Assembly (NCBI GenBank): GCA_030141605.1
Contig: JAQGDQ010000126.1
Span: 62,001-126,000 of the forward strand
Length of the DNA stretch: 64,000 bases
From: Tubiluchus corallicola
Taxonomy: Eukaryota; Animalia; Priapulida
Direction: 5' to 3'
Numbering within the stretch: the first letter of the stretch is position 1; every line of letters starts with the position of its first letter. The notes under the pieces were generated by a model. The model had not been told where the DNA came from, made no database searches, and saw only the letters and a program-made list of their open reading frames with translations. The translations under genes were made by a program, and so were the position numbers. Shown piece after piece: positions 55,673-64,000 of this stretch.

Positions 55673-57553
55673 TAGTTACCACATTTTAGGGTTCATTATG
55701 TAACAAAAAACACCTTATGTAAAAATTAATGCAACATTACATAACAAAAAAGATTGCAACATGTAACAGATCACAAAGCATGGCTCTTTGTCATAACTTT
55801 TACATCATTATGTGACAGTTTTTGCGTCATTATGCAACAATCACTATGTAACAAAAACTGATGCATCATTTAACAGATCAACCACTTCACCGCCTGTTTG
55901 ACGAAAATCTCCAAACATGAAAACGCTATTCCAACTGGCCTGTATGATGAGACCGTACCGTCAAGGGTAAAATATACAAATTAACTGATGCCTATAACAA
56001 TGATTCTTACATATGCCATTTACACTTCATGAACTGAGCTATTCAAAATAAAAGGCAGTGCTGTCCTCAGTTGTCTAAAAAGAAAATATACAAGCTACAA
56101 AGCACCTATGGCCAAAAATGTGCAAAATTCGCTAAAAAGATTGCTGTTATTGCTGCCGTCTGCTATATTGTGACTACATTAAGTCATAAAGTTGAAATCG
56201 ATGCATTTCAAAGGAGAAATTATAGAAACATTTTGCAATCAGCAGCCAAAGAAAATCTCAAATAAAGGTCTATATGAAAAAATAAAAGAACCTTCGACAA
56301 GAAAAATAAAAAGATGCTGTTTAAGATGGATCGGGGATGTGCTTACACTAGCTGATGATAATCCAGTGAAACTAGTTCTTCAACAAGTCATAGAACCAGC
56401 TAAAAACCTACAGGAGGACAAATGTTAACATATTTACATTTTGCACAGAAAGATTTAAACACTTCAGCGCTGATCCTTAGAGATAAATGCACTTGGGGCA
56501 TTGTTGCGAGTAGGGAGTCCTGGCATAGGGAGGTGAACAGAATTATGTCCCTAGACATACGATTCATTGGATGATGATGGATGATTGTGACTGCTGCCTT
56601 CAGCACAGCTTTTTCTCGATTTTGTGGCTCAGAAAAATAGAGAGTGTAGAGCAAATTAGAGACTGCCTTTCCAGATTTGGTGCCGAGTCATCAGACGATG
56701 GTAGTTGAAGTTAATCCGTTAATCTAAAATCCAATTAGATATGGCTAGTGTAACACAGAACGGTTACTAAAGTATGTACATGAAAGCTAAAAATTATAGT
56801 ATTAAGCCTACCTATAGCTTTATTTCCTCTACATTAGAATGTCTGTGGCAAAAGGATGTGATAAAGGGGGGTGTAGTAGCTATGATAGCAACAAGGGCAA
56901 TAGTAACACAGATGGTGATGTAGTTAGAGCAGTAAGAGTAATAACATTGTATGGACTGTAACAGTAACAATTTTTCATTTTCTAAAAACATTTCCGTGTG
57001 CGTGGAATACAAACTGAATGGCAGTAAAGTGGCTTGGCCATAGTCTGCAGTCGGTATAACTATAACCAAATTATTTTGCAGATACATAACACTGTGTGAA
57101 CTAATTTGGGAGTCATAAAGAAGCCCAGTTTTGCAATCTGGGTTCAATCAGACCAACCCAGCCAGACAGAGCTTTACCTGATCAAGCCAAGCCTAGCCAG
57201 TCTTTGACAGATTACACCTCAGACAGACCAGGCTCAACATAGATTAGATATGGAGCAGACCTCAGACAGATTAAATGCTAGACGGATTAGCCAATGACCA
57301 TATCAGTCGGAGCCATAGTGAAGCCCACATCTAGAACAGAAAGAAAGGGACTCGGTCCAAACCAAAACCATGACGTGACTCAACCACAGACCATGACTAT
57401 CCTGTCACATATGGCATCGTTTTTGTTACATAATGATTGTTAATAATGAAAAATTCTGTGATTCATTACTTGATGTAAACTTTTGTTACACAGTGCTCTG
57501 CACTGTTGTGTAATGAGGCACTTGTTACATTATGAACCTTAATTATGCAACTG
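55673..57553. mobile_element. Element bounded by long imperfect inverted repeats (DNA transposon-like)
   Basis: 55673-55878 resembles the reverse complement of 57401-57553, both rich in (t/a)atgtaaca motifs. Confidence 0.55.
56050..56560 (+). mobile_element. RTE-clade LINE 3' fragment
   Basis: IDAFQRRNYRNIL and KISNKGLYEK...IKRCCLRWIGDVL...NPVKLVL. Confidence 0.8.
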
Positions 57554-57635
57554 CCACTACCACCGTTACCTCAAAGGTGCAAAAGTCATAGAGTGAGGTT
57601 TTAAATGCACAAAATAATTGAAAACTAGAAATTAC

Positions 57636-57710
57636 CTTTTTCTTAAACTTGGTATCCATAGACATGTATTTTTCTTCTTTGGGATTAAAAGTACGTATGC
57701 TTGCTTTGAT
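57636..57710 (-). CDS. MCTP: MCTP exon (IKASIRTFNPKEEKYMSMDTKFKKK)
   Basis: tgcag/gtaatt boundaries, 75 nt, phase 0-0. Confidence 0.96.
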
Positions 57711-57939
57711 CTGCACAGAAAAAGAATTTATGTAACAGGAGCAACAACACTCTAACTAAGCAATATTTAAACAATTTTCATATAACAAATCTTAAATTTA
57801 CTGTGAAAATCAATAACAACTAACACTGTATTGAAGTTTTTTCAGCATTTCGATGCTTTTTGAAATATACTTTACCTCTGTATTTAGTAACTTAAATCTC
57901 AAAAAATGCTACAATTTATTCAATTCTGATTAAGAACGA

Positions 57940-60760
57940 GTCCGCGAGAGCACTGTGCAGGGGGTGGCACATGAGGGTGACGAATTTAAATCATTTTTTT
58001 CCAACATGAAGGGCGATCTCCCAAAACCTTGTAACCAAGATATCAAATCGATCGAGCTACTATTGGCAGAGAAATGACCACATCAAGAAATTGACCTCAA
58101 AAGAGGCAAAAAATCGCTATTTTGGGGGGGTTATTTTAACTTTTTCTTCTGTATAAACTATTATAGATGGGTCGATGTAATTTGGCTGGTACATAGACTC
58201 AGACATTGTCTTCTGATATACTAACTTTTTCTGACATACTATTAATAGTATCAGAGAACGGGATTTTTCAAATTCGGCTCTTTGTTAAGAGTCCAGGGAG
58301 ATGTTAAATTGTAAGGATCATAACTCGCCCACTGCGGGGCTACAGAACTTCTGGTTTTCATGTATGTGTTAACCATCATACTCACTAATAATATAATAAA
58401 GAAAATTCGCTGGAGCCTGTTTCAGTATTTAGTAGTGGCACTTTAAAATTTCGCAAAGATCAGCAAAATTCGCTTTTTTTGTAGTTTTTCAATATCTTTT
58501 CTATCTATATGCTGGATGATAAGTGACAAATCTGTATTCTAACTTTCATGAAAACACACGAGCTGAGATAATATTATGAATGACATTATATAGAGGGGGC
58601 ACTGTTAGAAAAAAATGCCATATCAATACACTTTTTTATAGTAATTCCCATAGTAATTCCGTCCATGTGTAAAAAGTAGACATACTTGGCTCAGGTCGTA
58701 TATGACAGTAGACATCTAGCCACGTTTAACCTGCATTTTCTGTGGCTAGTGCTCTCATTTCCTAGTAGCAATAGATTCCTTTGCCATGGAAATTGCTAGA
58801 AATATGCGCATTTCATCTTAAATTGGTTTACTTATGTCGGAATTTTCATATGACTACAAATATGAATAATTGCCTCTTCTGATGGATTTCAGGACAGGAC
58901 ATATGCATGCCCCAGGTACCGAGTCCGACCCTGATTCAGGGCATTCTCTACACACTGAATTGCTAATGGATACCAGGAAAGACTAAACAATAAGCCCTCT
59001 AATAGAAAAGAAGAACCGATTGTTAAGATTGAGAGTCATTGCTAGCGAAAGAATCTGACAACACTCGGTATATACATATAAAATAGAAATCTGTTCATTG
59101 CTTATACTTTTTATATGAATAAGCTTCATGGCTTATAACGCTGGTAAACAGCCCAAAAATGAACATTTTTGTTCAGCAGTGGCCGCCATCTTGAATTCTG
59201 GAGTCCAGTCCTGTCGGTAGTTTAACCAATTGTGCTGTCCAGGCCCCTAGTTGCCGAAGATGAATATTTATGACGTTTTGAAGTATTTTGACAAGATTTG
59301 ACAACTCATGTTTACCCACAAGAAGCGTTTTGATGAACATTGTTACCTATATTTTCACCCTGATATATGGCTCTTTCAGGGTCAATTACAATAGGCTGGA
59401 AATTCGTTCCATCGAAATTGTCACTGCAGCCTAGTGGGATGGGATGCTCTATTCACATACATATCGATATTTTTGTCCCCGCCCCCGCAGTGGGTGAGAT
59501 ATAAGACTTTGAAATGACTGAGTATTTGCATCTTGTGTGTAATGCGAGCTTAAAGACCCCCAGTAGAGCCAAAAGAGGGGAGTTTGGGACAAAAGTCGAA
59601 AAGTCATTTTGGAGAAGATAACAAGATCCAATACTGTGCAGAGTCAGATCTATTCAAACTCAGTGGTTGCTGCATGGCTAATCCTTCAAATATGAGTAAA
59701 AAATAGAGAAAAATAGGTATTCTTTCATGAAAATCGGCCTATGCCGTACCTCTGCTAATATGAGGAGTTGGACCAAGCGGATTCACATAGTGAATACTAG
59801 TGACTAGTGGACCTCATACTCGAACTTTGGTCCGAATCGGTTTACCTAACCTTGTGCCGGAATTTTTCGATTTTGCATGGTCTTCTCGCGGACGCGTTCT
59901 TAATTCTTATTGATGAAATAACTCTGTCTCCACTACATTTACAAAAGTATTTAACACAGTTCCACCAGGCTCCAGGGCAAGTTGTGCAATTCCATGCTGT
60001 ACATTAATCATTAATCTAGAATGAATTAACATAAATTATTTTGTAATTAACAAAGTAATTAAATTATAATGCCATTCTGCAATTGGATAACAAAATCATC
60101 CTTCTCAGATGCATCCTGTGAGGGAGGACGATATCGAACATACATGAAAACAAATTGCATGAATTATAATCTCAAACCATAGAAATTTGTGAGTGTTGTT
60201 AGGGCAGTTTCCCCTCTTAAATTTCACATTGTCATCAGAAATGAGAGTGCTAAAAATGATAACACACCAGATGAAAAAAATGCACAGCCAAATGAGACAC
60301 TCAGCACAGCAATATCGGCCGGAACAACCTGACTACAATTGCAGTTGTTCAAACCAAACAAGGGAGTTCAATACTTGCTGGGTTCAATAATTGCTCTGCA
60401 TTGTTTCATTTCATCTTACTGCTAGTAGCTGTAACAGTTCACTTCATGGAGGGAGGATATTAACACACCTAAATGTGGTTGAGACACTGCTGTTAATTAA
60501 GTCATTCACAGGTTTGCAGCTATAGGCTGGGTTCCGTACTTGCTCTGGGTAATTTCGTTTCATCCTAAGGACTCTAGGGGAAACAGTACACCTTATGGAG
60601 AAAGGTTATCTATGTTTGATTATGGCTGAGACACTTCTGCCAGTTCAGTAGCTCATCTACGATGAGTCAGGCTCTCAATCATGCTACAAACATCAAGATG
60701 CATAGGCCATACCATTGTATGCTGGGATTGCTGTGTGACAAAGTATATTTAAGAAAGTGA
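57940..60760. mobile_element. Block of probable DNA-transposon relics (possibly piggyBac-like at 60470-60680)
   Basis: Non-coding repeat-like sequence with tggccgccatcttg; degenerate LGETVHLMEKGY on + near 60573-60609. Confidence 0.3.
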
Positions 60761-60892
60761 AAGGCAAGAATGTTTGACCTAACTATTCAGTTTACTAACT
60801 ATTCAATACATTTTTAACATCAACATACTTATACAAATTAATTTCGAATTTTGAAAGCTGAATAAAATAATAATAATAATTGTATGACTTAC

Positions 60893-60994
60893 TGGATTGT
60901 AAATAACATCCATTTCTAGCAAGATTTCCCCTTTTCCTCGACGCATTAGTTTCTTGTCTTTCAATGCATGCCATCGTCGTTCTCCATTCTTAAC
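60893..60994 (-). CDS. MCTP: MCTP exon, end of third C2 domain (VKNGERRWHALKDKKLMRRGKGEILLEMDVIYNP)
   Basis: ttttag/gtaagt boundaries, 102 nt, phase 0-0. Confidence 0.96.
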
Positions 60995-61899
60995 CTAAAA
61001 AAAAAAATAAATGAGGAAACTCTATATTATAAGTTCATGGTTGAGATCAGATTGCTGTGATATTTCAAAATCAATTATACACAATAATAATAGGCGAAGT
61101 AGTGATTAGCTTGCTTATGGGCATTTTCTATACTATTTACTGTTAGGCAGTATACTGTAATGGCCTGCTATTAAAAAATACATTTTCACGATGCTGTACC
61201 ACATATTCATTTTTCCATTATTGATCTCGCACCACACTATCTGACATCGCATCTAGTATTGGTGAAGCCCTTTATACCAGCCCCTGAAACGAGTAGAGTA
61301 TCTTCCTTGTCATCTGTTGCGAGTACTCTTAACGACTGAACAGTACATTTGCTGAAAGATGGCACAGACAAATGCAGGATCTTGGCTAAAAGAGGGAGAG
61401 TAATTCTTTCTTTCTCAAGTTGCCATTTCTCTGTTTTGTGAGTGAATCTGCAATTTTCTTTACAGCTAAGAACATCAAATGAGATTCCTTGGCAGTGAGT
61501 CCTGTCTAATGTCTTATTTTGCCACTGTCTGCTTGGTTTTAGACCAAGGATTTTTAACGCATCCTTGTATCACTTTGTTGGCCACTAGAAGAGCAACAAT
61601 CAATATTGAGTTTGCTAAAGAAAACTTAATTTGGTAATTCTTGAGTGGCATGTCTGGATCTCTAGGGTGACGTTTTATAATCACTGCTTCAATTTTGGTG
61701 CTTCAAATTAGCGATGCCTTACTGCTTATGTACAGTTTATTACCACTTTGCTGTTCAAAAGACAAAGAATCATCAGCTTCGCATTTATCAGCTTATAGAT
61801 ACACAGCATCATTCCACTGAAATTTCTCTTTTGAGGCATCAGTTGGGTTACAATAAAGATGCTTACTGGCATCTTTAAGTCCCAATATCCCAATACTGT

Positions 61900-62310
61900 A
61901 GATAAAATATTTTGTTGGAAGAGCTTTGTCTGCAGTATGGCATCAATAGCACTGTTCTTAAATATTTATTCATACTTAGATTAACAGACGTCAGAAAATA
62001 TGTATCAACACAGTGTTTTCTGATGATTGTCGTTAGCATATATAACATGCCTCAAGCATTTTGCTTAAGCCCCTTGCTGTTCATACTACATTATTTTAAG
62101 TATTTTATTTCGAGTAAACATCTAACTCAGGCTCAGTATTTTGCTGCTGATTCTCAGTTAAATATGTGTTCCAGCCCTGCTGAATCAGGTCCTCAGATTT
62201 ATTTAATGCTCTCTCCCGTATTGCAGACAAGAGTCTGCACTATAAATGTGGAAGATAAGCACAGACAGAAAATGATTCTGAGTGCCTCTGCAACAAGGCA
62301 GTAGCAGTAG
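61900..62310 (+). mobile_element. CR1/L2-like RT fragment
   Basis: ORF 61912-62304: YGINSTVL, MPQAFCLSPLLFIL, YFAADSQL (degenerate GVPQGSVLGPLLF...YADD). Confidence 0.7.
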
Positions 62311-62497
62311 ATCCGGGTAGATGTTTATCACACTTTAGTAAGGACAATTACTGGCGACTTTGGCATAAATGCCTGTAATTCAGCTGTTTGAAGGAACAGT
62401 AATAGATTTCAGATTTGTTTTCCCTTTTTAAGTCACACAGTATTCTTTGCTTCATGTGCTCTAGTACTCTGAAAATATGCCTCAGTGTGCAGTTTTT

Positions 62498-62600
62498 TCT
62501 ATGAATCCAACATTCTCCTACAATTTTATCCCTTGGAAAACGAAAAAGTGATATCTCTTTTTGAGTAAAACAATTTCTAATTTGCTGAGCATCTAAATTT
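62498..62600 (-). pseudogene. THAP-domain relic (transposon-derived)
   Basis: RCSA (frameshift) NC...KEISLFRFPRDK....W matches the N-terminal half of a THAP zinc finger. Confidence 0.5.
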
Positions 62601-63075
62601 GATGCAGAATAAAACACAACTACATTATTCAAAAATATAATACATTTAATCTGATAGCTTTTGGACAACACAGTGTCTATCAGTCAAAAGAAAAGAAAAA
62701 AATTGGAGGTATTTTATGTGCGATTTTAAGGGTCTCTCTTAACACTACGTTTAGGAGAGAGAACTTCAAGTACAATCCCAAGTTACTATTTTCTAATTTG
62801 TGCGATAGCTTTAGACTAGAAAAAAATCCTAAAAAGGTGATTCGATAAAGTTCTAGAGACGTTTTTTCTAAAAGTGGGCAACACATCCAGTCTTTTCAAT
62901 TTGACTATGCTGAATCTGAAAACCTTCTACCAGCTTGAAAAATTAGCGGAAAAGAGTCAAAAATGCAAAAAAACAAAATTGCTGCCTAGCTTCTGCACAA
63001 ACAATATATAAATCAAAAGAGAATTCCCAAAAATTAAGATTAAGAAGCAATTACGACACTTATACCAAAGCAGTT

Positions 63076-63446
63076 GGGCCTAAGAAATCTGTTTGTGTTA
63101 TTTCCATTTCAGAAATGGTCACCACACAAAACAAAATTATGCCAATCATGCAGTTATATTAGCTTTTTCATCTAAAGATTTATTGCTTTTAGCAATTTGA
63201 CCTTGTTAAATCTAACAAGTTGCCAGACCTGCAAAAGTCACTTTGCATATTTTTGGTTCTAGTAACAGCTTGTTAGATTCAGCAAGGTTGAGTTAATAAA
63301 AATAATTCGCTTTTTTTATAACAAATTTTTAAGTAAAACAGTTACTATGATTTCATGATTGGTATGATTTTGTTTTGTGTGGTGCCATTTTGAAAATACA
63401 GGCAATTTTGGAAATAAAAGCAACAGGAATTGGTTTCTTAGGTTCC
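63076..63446. mobile_element. Fold-back/MITE-like element
   Basis: 63076-63223 is an imperfect reverse complement of 63266-63446 (accacacaaaacaaaattatgccaatcatg vs catgattggtatgattttgttttgtgtggt). Confidence 0.75.
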
Positions 63447-63547
63447 GAGTACCCAGGAATGGATGTCATAATCAAGTCTTACCACTAAACTCGAGACATA
63501 ATAAACTAAACACAATAACGGAGGCCAGGAAATGTTATTAAACCTAC

Positions 63548-63650
63548 ACTGAGCAGCGGAATTGCAACTTTTCCTAGAAACTCTACAGACTTATTTCGAT
63601 CCTCATCATAAACTGTCAGTTCCAGCACTGAATGTATATCTTTGACATTG
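63548..63650 (-). CDS. MCTP: MCTP exon, third C2 domain ([34 protein letters not shown]); gene continues beyond the window
   Basis: ttttcag/gtaggt boundaries, 103 nt, phase 2-0; C2 motif TVYDED...[10 protein letters not shown]. The nine exons total 955 nt in one open frame. Confidence 0.97.
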
Positions 63651-64000
63651 CTGAAAAAAGACGAGAAAAAAGATGTCAATACAAGCATTCATGACATACA
63701 CAGCTGCTTGTTAATTTTACTAACTAAAGCAAAACTGCAAAAGATTATAAAATAGAACAAGCTTCACAAAACGAGAACTTTTTAGTGGTTGTTTATGAAC
63801 CTGTAAATACTTTTAAACAACCAATAAACTATTGAAGTTGTATCACTAATCACTAAATAGTTTAAGTTTTAGTGAATTCACTCGGAGCTTTGATATTGAC
63901 AATTACTTTACAAGTATCCCATTCGACGAAAGTACTGATCTTGGCATGAGTTCCTTTTTCAGGCAAAGTAATGTAGCTTTGTCAGTAACTTGCACCATAT

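Overview
AT-rich invertebrate (metazoan) genomic DNA, heavily loaded with decayed transposable elements. Two host genes are supported, in convergent orientation. (1) On +, one coding exon (CDS 23509..23844) encodes a secreted neuropeptide precursor: signal peptide, acidic spacer, KR, a 52-aa peptide ending VPFRW, then GRR-stop. It resembles the lophotrochozoan NKY family but ends in RWamide, and it sits between mutually complementary (GA)n and (TC)n tracts. (2) On -, the last nine coding exons (63650 down to 39594) of an MCTP gene, all with GT-AG boundaries and consistent phases, plus a candidate 18-nt microexon. The rest comprises nested LINE relics (CR1/L2-like, I-group, RTE-like), a Penelope-like element with inverted terminal repeats, hammerhead-ribozyme relics arranged as palindromes, two copies of a tRNA-derived SINE, a 5S-derived SINE, an LTR with a primer-binding site, DNA-transposon/MITE relics, 32-bp and 79-bp minisatellites, and microsatellites. 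No prokaryotic features or CRISPR arrays. TE boundaries are approximate; family assignments are from remembered motifs, not database searches.
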